DNA from: Bacteroidota bacterium
GTDB taxonomy: Bacteria > Bacteroidota > Bacteroidia > Chitinophagales > Chitinophagaceae
Length of the DNA: 55,801 bases
NCBI GenBank assembly: GCA_031423175.1
Contig: JANPEU010000459.1
Location: 1 to 55,801 of the forward strand
Direction of reading: 5' to 3'
The translations under genes and the position numbers were made by a program. The number at the start of each line of letters is the position of its first letter. The first letter of the stretch is position 1. The notes beneath the pieces are model-generated. The model did no database searches, had not been told where the DNA came from, and saw nothing but the letters and a program-made list of their open reading frames with translations. Positions 25,955-36,220 of this stretch are shown in pieces.

Positions 25955-28780
25955 ATGATCCGTTCAATAAGTCTTTTGACTTTTATATTCCTTCTGCTTT
26001 TCTCCTTTTCGCAAAATAAAGAGAGTGTTGAAAAGTATGACGCAGACTACACGAAAGCTGATTTACTTTTTAATAAAGCTGAAAACTTATCTCAAAAAGC
26101 TAACTACAACGAAGAACTTGAAGAAAAATTAAATAAAGAAGCCCTAAACCTGTTTCTTACTATCATCCCTGCAGCGGAAAAAAACAAAGATGATTCACTT
26201 CTTTTCCATTGTTATTACAAGACCGGTATTCTTTACCATTACTTCGATAGTTTAAATCGGGCATTGGAGTATTATAAAAGAGCCATAAATCAGCAGGGGA
26301 AAAACATTTCTTTAGCTGATTCCTTTTTTTTCAAACCTTATTTATTCGCCGGAAGTGTTTACTATAATACAGAAAAATTTGATTCTTCGCTTTTTTATTA
26401 TCAGCAGGCAAATCTAATTCTGAATAAATATTCAACTCCTCTTCAGGAATCACAACGGCTTTATAACAGATTAGGTGCAATTTATTTTGAAACGGGTAAT
26501 TATAAACAAGCCAAAAACTATTTTGAGAAAGCACTTTCTGTTCTTGAACCTGGAAATCCTTTCTACAAAGAGTTTCTTTTTAATTATAAAAATAATATTG
26601 CAAGTGCTCAAATTAAATTAGATGAATATTCAGAAGCATTTGCAATCTATCAGTCAATGCTCAAGGAAAAAATAAACCGGAATGAAATATTTCACAACCT
26701 TGGGCAAATTAGTTTGGCTCAGAATAAAAATACAGATGCTTTAAACTATTTCAACCAGGTAAATTACAATGACAACAGAAAACAAATGCTTTTGAATGAT
26801 GTTGGTCATGCATTTTATAACCTTAAAAAATATGACTCAGCAAATTTTTATTTTAAACTCTCCGAATCTGAAAACACGAAATGGAACAATGATAGGAAAA
26901 ATAATCAGCATGGTATTAATTTAAGATATACTGCAACCCTTTTGAATGAGGAAAGGAAATATGAAGAAGCTGTTTATAATTTTCATCTGGCTATTATTCA
27001 GTTTGACAATGACTACAATGAAAAAGATATTTATAAAAATCCTGAATCATACAGTGGTATATTTTCCTATATCAATCTCTTCAATGCGCTAACCGGTAAA
27101 GCATTAGCGTTCGAAAACTGGCACAACAAAGATAAAGACCAAAAAAAACTGGAAGCATCGCTGAATACCTATCATGCAGCTTTTAAACTTGCTGATTATG
27201 TAGAAAGATCATACAACTCCGATGAAGCAAGATTGTTTTTAAATAAAATAAAATATATAGCTCATAATAAACCAATAGCTATCAGTTTACAGTTATACGA
27301 ACTTACAAATGAAAAAAAATACCTTGAAGATGCTTATTATTTTGACCAATTGAATAAGGCCTCCCTCCTTTCATTAAATACAGAGGAAACCAGTCTAAGG
27401 AAAAAATCAATTAAAGACAGTAGTCTTTTTCAAAAGGAAACTATTTTTAAAACTTCTATCACACGTTTATCTTTGAAAGCAGCACGAACAACCGACAGCC
27501 TTCAATTACAGCAACTAAAATCATCGATTCGTGATTTAGAAATAGAACTGGGTAAAGTAATCGAGAATATTAATGCATCTGCTTCATTGTCTGCAACACA
27601 TCTTTCCAACCGAATCCCCTCAGTGGATCGGGTTAAAAAGATATTGGATGAAAACACAGCACTACTTTCCTATCATCTGTCCGAAACCGAAATTATAATA
27701 TTCGGGATAACAAAAAACAGTTTTTTCCATTACCGGAATCCAATCAATACTATTTTTTATCAGCGAATGGATTCCCTACACAAAATGCTCAATAACTCCT
27801 CCGGTGTTTTTCGCAATCAAATTGCTGTTTTTTCTGCTGAGCTTTATTCTTATCTGATTACCCCAGTTCAACTTAAAATATCATCAGCAAAAAGATTGGT
27901 AATAATTCCGGATGATGAACTGCATTATCTGCCTTTTGATGTATTAATAGATTCAGAAAAAAAATATCTCATTGAAAAATTTTCAATTCAATATTTATAC
28001 AGCACCACTTTACTTTCCGATAAGAAACAAACACTTAATGACCAGGGTACATTGGCATTTGCTCCATTTACAAACAGAAGTTTTACCGACAGTACTATTT
28101 CATTCAGCCGCTTACCTGAAACCCAAAAAGAAATATCAAATCTTGCTGGAGAATCGTTTGTTGATTCATCAGCAACGAAGACAAATTTTTTATTAAAGGC
28201 AAATTCGCAAGGTATTTTACATCTTGCCACACATGCTCAGTTGAATAATGAAAAACCAATGCAGTCATTCATTGTTTTTTATCCTTCACAAAATGATTCA
28301 ACAGATTCAAAATTATATGCACAGGAAATTTACAACTTGCGTCTCGATAGCACTAGGCTGATAATACTCAGCGCATGTGAAACCGGAACCGGGCAATTAA
28401 TAAAAGGAGAAGGGTTGATGAGTTTGAGTCGTGCATTTTCGTTTGCTGGTTGCCCGAATGTAATTACTTCTTTGTGGAAAGCAAATGATCAATCAACCGC
28501 TATTATTGTTTCAAAACTTCATACTTACTTATCCCGTGGTTTTGCCCCGGATATGGCTTTGCAAAAAGCAAAAACAGATCTGTTGCACAATACATCAATT
28601 GATCCGCGTTTGAAACAACCTAATTATTGGGCTCACTTGGTTTCTGTAGGCAATTACGATCCTATCCGACATGGCTTGAAATGGCGATGGGTGGCGATTG
28701 GAACTATAGTGCTGATGCTTGTTTATTATTTTACAAAAAAAACGACCACAAAGAAATTGCCTGATTCAAGAAATAATTAA
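25955..28780 (+). CDS. TPR-repeat CHAT-domain (caspase-like) protease, signal peptide and C-terminal TM anchor
   Basis: N-terminal TPR-like repeats. CHAT catalytic dyad context ILHLATHAQ (His) and LILSACETGTG (Cys). C-terminal helix WVAIGTIVLMLVYYF. ATG at 25955 (MIRSISLL). Confidence 0.8.
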   Translation: MIRSISLLTFIFLLLFSFSQNKESVEKYDADYTKADLLFNKAENLSQKANYNEELEEKLNKEALNLFLTIIPAAEKNKDDSLLFHCYYKTGILYHYFDSLNRALEYYKRAINQQGKNISLADSFFFKPYLFAGSVYYNTEKFDSSLFYYQQANLILNKYSTPLQESQRLYNRLGAIYFETGNYKQAKNYFEKALSVLEPGNPFYKEFLFNYKNNIASAQIKLDEYSEAFAIYQSMLKEKINRNEIFHNLGQISLAQNKNTDALNYFNQVNYNDNRKQMLLNDVGHAFYNLKKYDSANFYFKLSESENTKWNNDRKNNQHGINLRYTATLLNEERKYEEAVYNFHLAIIQFDNDYNEKDIYKNPESYSGIFSYINLFNALTGKALAFENWHNKDKDQKKLEASLNTYHAAFKLADYVERSYNSDEARLFLNKIKYIAHNKPIAISLQLYELTNEKKYLEDAYYFDQLNKASLLSLNTEETSLRKKSIKDSSLFQKETIFKTSITRLSLKAARTTDSLQLQQLKSSIRDLEIELGKVIENINASASLSATHLSNRIPSVDRVKKILDENTALLSYHLSETEIIIFGITKNSFFHYRNPINTIFYQRMDSLHKMLNNSSGVFRNQIAVFSAELYSYLITPVQLKISSAKRLVIIPDDELHYLPFDVLIDSEKKYLIEKFSIQYLYSTTLLSDKKQTLNDQGTLAFAPFTNRSFTDSTISFSRLPETQKEISNLAGESFVDSSATKTNFLLKANSQGILHLATHAQLNNEKPMQSFIVFYPSQNDSTDSKLYAQEIYNLRLDSTRLIILSACETGTGQLIKGEGLMSLSRAFSFAGCPNVITSLWKANDQSTAIIVSKLHTYLSRGFAPDMALQKAKTDLLHNTSIDPRLKQPNYWAHLVSVGNYDPIRHGLKWRWVAIGTIVLMLVYYFTKKTTTKKLPDSRNN

Positions 28781-28784
28781 AGCG

Positions 28785-28824
28785 ACACCCACTTCATTTA
28801 AAAGCGAAGTGGGTGTGGTTTTTC
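28785..28824 (+). terminator. Rho-independent terminator after the CHAT gene
   Basis: acacccacttc (28785-95) pairs with gaagtgggtgt (28807-17), an 11-bp perfect stem, followed by ggttttt. Confidence 0.8.
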
Positions 28825-28879
28825 AAGGGCTCATCATTATGTTTCCTAATTAGCAATTTATCAAAGACTATTTATTTAT

Positions 28880-29707
28880 TTATTGTCTCAACGTAATTGG
28901 ATTTATATGTGTGTCTTCTCCTTTTCTTACAACTACATTGCTAATTGTAGTATCACGGTATCCGTTATTGCCATCATAAATAACCGTATAGGTGCCGGGA
29001 TTTAACCCCACTATTTTAAATTCACCATCGCTTTCAGGAATTGCAGTAGCGGTATCAATACCATTATGAGCAATGATAACTGGGCTCGCAATATGGGGAA
29101 AAACTTTGCCTTCTATTCTTCCGCTCCTGCTTGTAGTAAACACTTTGATATTGCATTTTAAGCGATACCCATTATTATTTCCACTTCCACTATTATCAAT
29201 TTGTATACTTCGGGCTGCATCAAAATCTATCCAGAAACGAACAGAACCTGGTGTATTAATTTCAAAATTTGAATCATCAAGATTAAGTACAATCTGCTTG
29301 TCTTCATCTTTTATCCGCAATGGAAAACTCAGTCCATCTTTCATAACAGAATTACGAGTACCTAATGTCAGCCGAATTTTATTAATCCTTGCATTCGGCA
29401 AAACACCTGTTGCAAATAAAGTATCAATTCCGTTTCTGAATTTCAAAATATTATATACACCTGGTCTTATACTCATAGTAACCCATCCATCATTAGGCAA
29501 ACTATCATCACTCAATTTTACTTCCAATGCCTGCAGGTCTATAAAAACACTGTCAAATACAGGTGTTTGATGATCGGTTAAATAAATAGCAACCTGATGG
29601 GGTTTATTTAATTCAGTTGATGAACCATTAAACTCTTTCTGACAGGAATAAAAAATGATTACTGAGACAGCTAATATACCAGCCAGAATTTTTGATGTTG
29701 TTTTCAT
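28880..29707 (-). CDS. DUF4382-type lipoprotein with C-terminal carboxypeptidase-regulatory-like domain
   Basis: Lipobox (FYSC). LTDHQ...GWVTM...YNILKFRNG...FWIDFDAARSI pattern. C-terminal GKVFP...GEFKIVGLNPGTYTV. Confidence 0.65.
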   Translation of the reverse strand: MKTTSKILAGILAVSVIIFYSCQKEFNGSSTELNKPHQVAIYLTDHQTPVFDSVFIDLQALEVKLSDDSLPNDGWVTMSIRPGVYNILKFRNGIDTLFATGVLPNARINKIRLTLGTRNSVMKDGLSFPLRIKDEDKQIVLNLDDSNFEINTPGSVRFWIDFDAARSIQIDNSGSGNNNGYRLKCNIKVFTTSRSGRIEGKVFPHIASPVIIAHNGIDTATAIPESDGEFKIVGLNPGTYTVIYDGNNGYRDTTISNVVVRKGEDTHINPITLRQ

Positions 29708-29717
29708 AGTATTGTTT

Positions 29718-30134
29718 TTAGTTTTTTGTGAAAGTTAATTTTTCATTTCTCAATGCATTGTCATCTTTCAATTGAATAACAGTTTCGGTTACAGAAATTA
29801 TCTGCCAGTCATCCGTAAGTTCACCAAGTGGTTTGTTGGTATCAATCTTAGGTCCCAGATCAATAGTAAATTTATTAGAACTACTACTTACTGACCAGGT
29901 ACCTGTTTTTATAACGGCATTTATTACCGCCGCAACCGAACCATCAGTATTAAACGTAAACCTATAACCCGTAAAATCAGTTGTTTCATCATTACCACTA
30001 TCAATAAATAATGAAACCCGCCAATTACCTGATGTAACGGTTTGACTTGTATTTGAGCTGAGACTGTTTGGTGTACACGAAGCAGTAAAAATTAAAGCCA
30101 GAAGGGTTGCGATTTGCAGATATTTTATTTTCAT
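29718..30134 (-). CDS. Hypothetical small lipoprotein (lipocalin-like beta-rich)
   Basis: Lipobox (FTASC). No recognised domain. Confidence 0.6.
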   Translation of the reverse strand: MKIKYLQIATLLALIFTASCTPNSLSSNTSQTVTSGNWRVSLFIDSGNDETTDFTGYRFTFNTDGSVAAVINAVIKTGTWSVSSSSNKFTIDLGPKIDTNKPLGELTDDWQIISVTETVIQLKDDNALRNEKLTFTKN

Positions 30135-30236
30135 ACTATTTATTTCTTATTGGTAAACACAACGAAATAAATTGTAACCATTCGGCAAAAAAAACTTCTT
30201 CGGTTTGGAAGGAGACTTATTAGATTGCTTAATAAT

Positions 30237-30989
30237 TTAACGCCATTTGAGCATTTTAACCTGCCGTATCAGTTTGTTCTTAACATTTTTGTAATACAAA
30301 TGAGCTGGGTTGTCTTTAATTTTTTTCATGAGGTTCAATGCCAGATCATAATCCTTATTTTTAATAAAGGATAAAATCAGGTTGTATTCCGCTGCATCGT
30401 TTAGTTCAGAAGTTATCGCATTACTATTTGCGGCAATCACTTTTTTAAACCCATTGATTGCTGCGTCTGTATTGTTTAATGCAAGTTGAGCATGAGCAGC
30501 TAAAAAATTATCATTTATACTGTCCGATGCAGCTGCAAGTTGAATTACTTTTTTATAATCATTTTCCAAATATGCTTTTTGTGAAGCAGTAATATTTGTT
30601 GAACCATCACGAAAATCATCCGGTACAAATTGAATATAGTTTGCAGTAAAAACTTTGCCGGCAGATAGATTATAAAATATCCAGCCCTGCACAGCCAGGA
30701 AAATAAAAATAATACTAGCGGCTACCGCCACAACCTTTCGTAAATTATAAATATTTCTAACTGGAGCCTCCTCTTTAAACTCGTTCATCATTTTTGTATG
30801 AATGGAGGCAACGGTTTCTTTCAACCCATAGGTGTTTATCGCAGATTTAGCAATCAGCAGATTTTCCAATTCATCACGTAGTATTGCATCAACAGTAAGA
30901 TTTTTTTCAAATTCTGATTTTTCTTCTGGATTCATCAATCCATCAATATATTTTATCAGCATTTCTTCCTGTTGTGTAAAATTATCCAT
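30237..30989 (-). CDS. Putative anti-sigma factor (single TM, C-terminal TPR-like domain)
   Basis: It overlaps the upstream ECF sigma gene by 8 nt. Central TM VVAVAASIIFIFLAVQGWIFY. The function is inferred from context. Confidence 0.6.
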   Translation of the reverse strand: MDNFTQQEEMLIKYIDGLMNPEEKSEFEKNLTVDAILRDELENLLIAKSAINTYGLKETVASIHTKMMNEFKEEAPVRNIYNLRKVVAVAASIIFIFLAVQGWIFYNLSAGKVFTANYIQFVPDDFRDGSTNITASQKAYLENDYKKVIQLAAASDSINDNFLAAHAQLALNNTDAAINGFKKVIAANSNAITSELNDAAEYNLILSFIKNKDYDLALNLMKKIKDNPAHLYYKNVKNKLIRQVKMLKWR

Positions 30990-31587
30990 GGATCAGATTT
31001 TTTAAGTTTTGTTTCAATGAAGGATTATTTAAAATCATTTGCTCAAGCTTTTTAAGGCATTTATGTTTTTTATTCCGTACTACTTGTTCGTTTACATATT
31101 CCAATCCATTAAGTATTTCCTTCATAGAAAGGTTTTCATAATAAAACATTACTAATATCCTTTTGCAGGTTTCCCCTAATTGCTCTACCAATTTCATCAC
31201 TTCATCTTTCGCTTCTCTACCGGCAATAAAATGACTCACATCCATCTCCGTTTTATCTTTCGCAGTTTCGTATTTCAATTCCCGCAGATCGCTTCTTCCT
31301 CTTTTTTTAAGTTCATTCAGCCAGGTGTGTCGATTCATAGCAAATAAAAAAGTCTTTACACTAGCCTCTCCTCTAAACTTATCTTTCTGCACCAATTCAA
31401 TAAAACTGACTACCACTTCCTGAAAAATGTCCTCGGCATCCTGCTTGTTGCCATTATTGTGCATTACAAACCAACTCAGGCTTTCAAAATGCTCACGGTA
31501 AATAAATTTCACTGCTGCATCCAGGCCTCTCCCCTGTTTCAGGCTTCCAATCAGTTCGGCATCCGAAAGGTTTTTTATTACCTCCAT
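30982..31587 (-). CDS. ECF-type RNA polymerase sigma-70 factor
   Basis: Region 2 (DAEDIFQEVVVSF..FRGEASVKTFLFAMNRHTWLN) and region 4 (LSMKEI..VRNKKHKCLKKL). Confidence 0.8.
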   Translation of the reverse strand: MEVIKNLSDAELIGSLKQGRGLDAAVKFIYREHFESLSWFVMHNNGNKQDAEDIFQEVVVSFIELVQKDKFRGEASVKTFLFAMNRHTWLNELKKRGRSDLRELKYETAKDKTEMDVSHFIAGREAKDEVMKLVEQLGETCKRILVMFYYENLSMKEILNGLEYVNEQVVRNKKHKCLKKLEQMILNNPSLKQNLKNLIHG

Positions 31588-31829
31588 TCTTATTCTTTTA
31601 TTTGTACCCGAAGAAACTAAATTTGTAACCGCCGAAATTAATTTTTTTTATAACCAGCTAAACAAAAATACAATATGTAATCAGCAGTATCGCTCTGATT
31701 GATCGTACCTTGCTACAGTTTAACCCGGAATTTTGGGACTCCGTTCAACAATTGGAACCCTGGTGATCTCCTAAATTCCGATTTTGAAACAGAGCTATTT
31801 TTTCAACTATTGGATATTTAATTTTTTTT

Positions 31830-32333
31830 ATGAACTACTTTGAAATATTTGGCATCCCCGTACAATTAAATGTTGATAAAACCAATTTACCCAAAAAATA
31901 TTTTGAACTAAGTAAACAATTTCATCCAGACTATTATTCCAATGCTACACCCGGCGAGCAACGACATTCACTGGAAATTTCAGCCAATCTCAATAAAGCT
32001 TTTAAAACATTTCAAAACCCGGATGAAACAATCAAGTATGTACTGCAACTAAAAAATCTTTTACAGGATGAAGAAAAGTATGAACTTCCCGCATCGTTTT
32101 TGATGGAAATAATGGCGTTAAATGAACAACTAATGGATGCTGACGAGCCAGATGTTGTTTTACATCTGAAATCGGATATTAAAAAACTTCAAATCAGGAT
32201 ATATGAACCTGTTAAGCAAATTGTGGAGCATTATCAGGAAGGTGTTTCTTCCGAAAAAGAGTTGCTGCAAGTAAAAGAATATTATTACAAGAAAAAATAT
32301 CTTGATAGGATTAAAAATCAGGTTGAAAAATAA
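31830..32333 (+). CDS. hscB: J-domain Fe-S cluster co-chaperone HscB-like
   Basis: NYFEIFG..., the HPD motif (FHPDYY) and a C-terminal helical domain. Confidence 0.7.
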   Translation: MNYFEIFGIPVQLNVDKTNLPKKYFELSKQFHPDYYSNATPGEQRHSLEISANLNKAFKTFQNPDETIKYVLQLKNLLQDEEKYELPASFLMEIMALNEQLMDADEPDVVLHLKSDIKKLQIRIYEPVKQIVEHYQEGVSSEKELLQVKEYYYKKKYLDRIKNQVEK

Positions 32334-32379
32334 CCCGGTTAATCGCCATTTTAAATTTTACGTTTTACCATTTACACTT

Positions 32380-32387
32380 TACATTTG
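32380..32387 (+). promoter_or_regulatory. -7 promoter box (TAcaTTTG) upstream of tRNA-Leu
   Basis: tacatttg lies 29 nt upstream of the tRNA 5' end. Confidence 0.4.
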
Positions 32388-32415
32388 CAACCTCCCGAAA
32401 AAATCGGGATCGGCT

Positions 32416-32499
32416 GCCCGGGTGGCGGAATTGGTAGACGCAGCAGACTCAAAATCTGCCGTTCGCAAGGATGTGCTGGTTCGATTCCAGTCTCGGGCA
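32416..32499 (+). tRNA. tRNA-Leu (anticodon CAA)
   Basis: Folded by hand. Acceptor gcccggg/ctcgggc (one G.U). Anticodon stem gcaga/tctgc with loop ctCAAaa. Long variable arm. T-loop ttcgatt. Discriminator A. No encoded CCA. Confidence 0.9.
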
Positions 32500-32504
32500 C
32501 AAAA

Positions 32505-32532
32505 AAGCTTCATCGATTGATGAGGCTTTTTT
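32505..32532. terminator. Bidirectional rho-independent terminator (tRNA-Leu / convergent esterase gene)
   Basis: aagcttcatc/gatt/gatgaggctt forms a 10-bp stem with one G.U pair. An A-run lies upstream and a T-run downstream. Confidence 0.7.
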
Positions 32533-32549
32533 AATAAGTACTACTATTA

Positions 32550-33326
32550 TTATTTAAGTTTCTTCGAAAACATCCAGCTTAAAAAATCAGGTTCTTTAAA
32601 AGCATTATCCCAACTGTTATGATTTACACCTGGGTATTCAGTATACCGAACAGAAATATTTAATGACTTCATGGTTGCTACCATTTTTCTTGAAAGGTTC
32701 ACGTTTACAACAGCATCTGCATCGCCATGAAAAACCCAAAACGAAGTATTAGTGTTTTTATACGATGCAGAATCGCCACCCCCACAAATTGGTAATGCTG
32801 CTGCAAATAATTCAGGGTTTCTGCTTACAGCTTCAAGGGTTCCCATACCACCCATTGACAACCCGACTACATAAATTCTTTTTTCATCTACCTCGCCCTG
32901 CCTAGTTAAATATTCAACCAAATCAACAGATGCTGATAATGGCCAGTTCGCCGATTTTGTATAATCAAATTTCATCGAAGGTGGCGAAGTGGTTAAGTCC
33001 CTTTCTAAAACAGCCCAAAAATTTTCCTTAGGGCATTGTGGAAATACAACTATCGCAGGAAAACTTTTTCGGTTGCTATCTGCTAAAAATAACTTAGAGC
33101 CATGTATTAATTGACGGTTGTTATCATTTCCTCTTTCTCCGGCACCATGCAGAAATAAAACAAGGGGGTATTTTTTATTACTATCAAAATTTTCAGGATA
33201 TAAAATCCGGTACGGAAGTTTATTGCCTTCTGTAGAAGCAAATTCTTTTCGCTGATATAGACTTGTATCTTGTGCAGTCATACAAGAGTTCACAAGAAAC
33301 AATATTGGCAATAGTAATCTTTTCAT
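32550..33326 (-). CDS. Alpha/beta hydrolase (secreted esterase/phospholipase-carboxylesterase-like)
   Basis: Nucleophile elbow GLSMGG, with HG and D/H blocks. I start at MKRLLLPILF (33326) to avoid overlapping the upstream gene. Confidence 0.75.
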   Translation of the reverse strand: MKRLLLPILFLVNSCMTAQDTSLYQRKEFASTEGNKLPYRILYPENFDSNKKYPLVLFLHGAGERGNDNNRQLIHGSKLFLADSNRKSFPAIVVFPQCPKENFWAVLERDLTTSPPSMKFDYTKSANWPLSASVDLVEYLTRQGEVDEKRIYVVGLSMGGMGTLEAVSRNPELFAAALPICGGGDSASYKNTNTSFWVFHGDADAVVNVNLSRKMVATMKSLNISVRYTEYPGVNHNSWDNAFKEPDFLSWMFSKKLK

Positions 33327-33358
33327 AAAACCCATTTTATTTGTAAACTTAACCAGTT

Positions 33359-34132
33359 TTATGGTAACCGCCATTTTCTCAATTGATTATTAAAAAACTT
33401 CCATTCTGGTGTAAAAATTACTTCAGTTTCATTTATCTTAAACCAAGGGCTTAATTTATTGTTCATTGGATTATTCACAATATGAATATCCTGGGCAGGC
33501 ATATAACTTTGAGCAAGCATAAATATTTTTTCCTTCATCTTATTTATGGCCACATCCACTACTATCATGGCATGACCGGGGAAACCACCTTTAATAAATA
33601 CATCGCCAGGTTTTAGATTCTTAATATCAACAACCTCCAAAAGCTCTTTTTCAAGTGAGGCTGAACCGCACCAGCCAAAAACTTCTTCAAGATAAGTTTC
33701 AAACTCTTCTCGGTTGTCCTTTCCCTTCCATTGATAAATTTTTTCAGCATTATCTGCAAATTTTATTTCATCAAATCTTTTTTCTGCAAAGAGATATTCT
33801 GCCCTCAACCTCATCACTGCATCGGCACATTGCTGAAGGTTCTTTTTCCCTACAGGAATATCCAGAACGGCAAACTGAGCTTTCTGATTTTTTTTTAAAG
33901 ACCCATCATAAAGATGCACTTGTTTATTTTCCTTAAGTTTGATTTGGCTTAGCCATCGGGCAAATGATCTTTCATCACTGTCAATTCGTTTGAATCCTTC
34001 TGGCAAGGGTATTTCATTAACAAGTTGGTACTCCATATCCAGATGTTTGTTTGAATTAAGTTGGCCCTTATCGCCTTGAAATTTGCAGGAAAGAAATGTA
34101 AAAAAAACAAGAAGCAGAGGTGAATGGCTCAT
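33359..34132 (-). CDS. Hypothetical secreted protein (tentatively DUF4846-like)
   Basis: 257-aa ORF with an N-terminal hydrophobic segment. The family assignment comes from memory only. Confidence 0.5.
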   Translation of the reverse strand: MSHSPLLLVFFTFLSCKFQGDKGQLNSNKHLDMEYQLVNEIPLPEGFKRIDSDERSFARWLSQIKLKENKQVHLYDGSLKKNQKAQFAVLDIPVGKKNLQQCADAVMRLRAEYLFAEKRFDEIKFADNAEKIYQWKGKDNREEFETYLEEVFGWCGSASLEKELLEVVDIKNLKPGDVFIKGGFPGHAMIVVDVAINKMKEKIFMLAQSYMPAQDIHIVNNPMNNKLSPWFKINETEVIFTPEWKFFNNQLRKWRLP

Positions 34133-34252
34133 AAATATGGTTTTATAATATGAAGAACCATTATCAGATTTTTTCCATAAAATAAAAAATTAAAAGAAAA
34201 ACAAATTCGTTTGTGAAGTAATAATTATTTTTAAAAATTAAATAAACATAGA

Positions 34253-34750
34253 GTGAAAAAACGTCAAGACTATATTTCCTGGGATGAATATTTTATGGGA
34301 GTGGCATTACTATCTGCCATGCGAAGCAAAGACCCAAGCACACAGGTAGGTGCATGTATAGTAAATGAAAAAAACAAGATTGTAGGTGCCGGCTATAATG
34401 GTTTGCCTATCGGTTGCGATGATGATGAATTTCCATGGGAGAAAACGGGAGATTTTCTAAACACAAAATATCCTTATATCTGCCATGCTGAGTTGAATGC
34501 TATTTTAAATAATATTGGAATGGATTTGAAAGGCTGTAAAATTTATACAGCACTTTTCCCTTGCAATGAATGTTCTAAAGCTATTATTCAATCCGGCATT
34601 ACAGAAGTAATTTATCTTTCTGATAAATATGAAGGGAATGACATTTTTAAAGCCTCAAAGTTTATGCTTGATAAATCGGGTGTTAAATACAGAAAAGTGA
34701 AATCAAAATTTTTGAAACTTGAATTATCCTTTCACGAAGGTGATGTTTAA
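34253..34750 (+). CDS. dCMP (deoxycytidylate) deaminase
   Basis: Zinc motifs CHAELNAI and PCNECSKAI. N-terminal SWDEYFM. GTG start. Confidence 0.88.
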   Translation: MKKRQDYISWDEYFMGVALLSAMRSKDPSTQVGACIVNEKNKIVGAGYNGLPIGCDDDEFPWEKTGDFLNTKYPYICHAELNAILNNIGMDLKGCKIYTALFPCNECSKAIIQSGITEVIYLSDKYEGNDIFKASKFMLDKSGVKYRKVKSKFLKLELSFHEGDV

Positions 34751-34848
34751 TATTCTTTTATTCGATTTTTATACTTCTGGAGTTTTCATTTTATTTATTT
34801 TGAGAATCATCCACTTTATAAACAAATGCAGAACTGCTTTTTGTTTGA

Positions 34849-34856
34849 TAGTTTTG
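34849..34856 (+). promoter_or_regulatory. -7 promoter box (TAgtTTTG) upstream of guaC
   Basis: tagttttg lies 19 nt before ATG 34875. Confidence 0.4.
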
Positions 34857-34874
34857 TAATCTAAAAAATAATTT

Positions 34875-35915
34875 ATGCATATTGAATCTGATATTAAGCT
34901 TGGCTTTAAAGATGTAATGCTCAGGCCAAAACGTTCTACCCTCAGTTCAAGATCAGAAGTTTCATTAACAAGGAAATTTAAATTTCTGCATAGTGAAACT
35001 TCCTGGGAGGGTATACCTATTATGGCAGCAAATATGGATACAGTTGGTACTTTCGAAATGGCAAATGTATTAGCAACATTTAAACTATTTACAGTTATAC
35101 ATAAACATTACTCAACTGGTCAATGGAAAATATTTATGCAAAATGGCGGAAAAGCTATTACGGATCATATTGCAATAAGTTCGGGTACAAGTAAATCGGA
35201 TGCAAACAAACTCGATCTAATTTTAAAACAAAACAAAGCTTTACGTTTTATTTGTATTGATGTAGCAAACGGCTACTCAGAAAAATTTGTGGATTTTGTA
35301 AAGGCTACCCGGAATAAATACCCTGCTAAAGTAATTATTGCCGGAAATGTAGTAACCGGTGAAATGGTGGAAGAACTTTTGCTTGCGGGAGCAGATATTA
35401 TTAAAGTTGGTATCGGACCCGGTTCAGTATGCACTACCCGTGTGAAAACCGGTGTGGGTTATCCGCAGTTATCGGCAATCATTGAATGTTCGGATGCAGC
35501 TCATGGTTTAGGTGGTCAGATCATTTCAGACGGAGGTTGCAAAGTACCCGGTGATGTGGTAAAAGCGTTTGGTGGTGGTGCAGACTTTGTTATGCTTGGT
35601 GGAATGCTTGCCGGTCATGAAGAAAGTGGAGGTGAGTTAATAGAAAAAGAAGGCAAGAAATACAAATTGTTTTATGGTATGAGTTCAGAAACTGCTATGG
35701 ACAAATATGCTGGTGGTGTAGCTGACTACCGTGCATCGGAAGGAAAGACTACTGAAATACCATACCGTGGATTTGTTACAGATTCAGTTCAGGATATTTT
35801 AGGTGGACTTCGATCTGCTTGTACATATACCGGAGCAAAAGTGTTGAAAGAACTTTCTAAAAGAACTACATTCATAAGAGTGAGTGAACAGCACAATGAA
35901 TGGTTTGATCAATAG
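34875..35915 (+). CDS. guaC: GMP reductase
   Basis: 346 aa. [19 protein letters not shown]-terminus. [14 protein letters not shown] catalytic loop. No CBS insertion. Confidence 0.88.
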   Translation: MHIESDIKLGFKDVMLRPKRSTLSSRSEVSLTRKFKFLHSETSWEGIPIMAANMDTVGTFEMANVLATFKLFTVIHKHYSTGQWKIFMQNGGKAITDHIAISSGTSKSDANKLDLILKQNKALRFICIDVANGYSEKFVDFVKATRNKYPAKVIIAGNVVTGEMVEELLLAGADIIKVGIGPGSVCTTRVKTGVGYPQLSAIIECSDAAHGLGGQIISDGGCKVPGDVVKAFGGGADFVMLGGMLAGHEESGGELIEKEGKKYKLFYGMSSETAMDKYAGGVADYRASEGKTTEIPYRGFVTDSVQDILGGLRSACTYTGAKVLKELSKRTTFIRVSEQHNEWFDQ

Positions 35916-36207
35916 TTTACAAAAATGTTTTAACGGATCAGGCTACATTAAACACAAAATATTTTATTTCCCAGAACTCAGAAAATTTTCTACCTACTAA
36001 ATTTTTCATTTTGAAACTGAGTTTTAACTCTTATTTCAGCGAACGGAAAACTTTATAGTAAACCAACTATTAGCCGGTATCCTCTATCAAGGATGACAGT
36101 CCCGAAAAAATAGCATTGCATGCTAATTTTCACTCCCCATTCAAAGGTTACTCTCTAGTATTCTTCTATTGCATAGGATTCATTTCTCAGAGCAAACTCA
36201 ACTACCT

Positions 36208-36215
36208 TACTTTTG
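36208..36215 (+). promoter_or_regulatory. -7 promoter box (TActTTTG) just upstream of the helicase ATG
   Basis: tacttttg ends 6 nt before ATG 36221, which supports that start over the ORF-track start at 36116. Confidence 0.35.
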
Positions 36216-36220
36216 CTATT

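Noticed and set aside
36116-36220. N-terminal extension of the DEAD-box helicase ORF (start 36116)
   Set aside because: It uses a non-ATG start and has no helicase Q-motif context. A TActTTTG -7 box lies inside the extension, just before ATG 36221.
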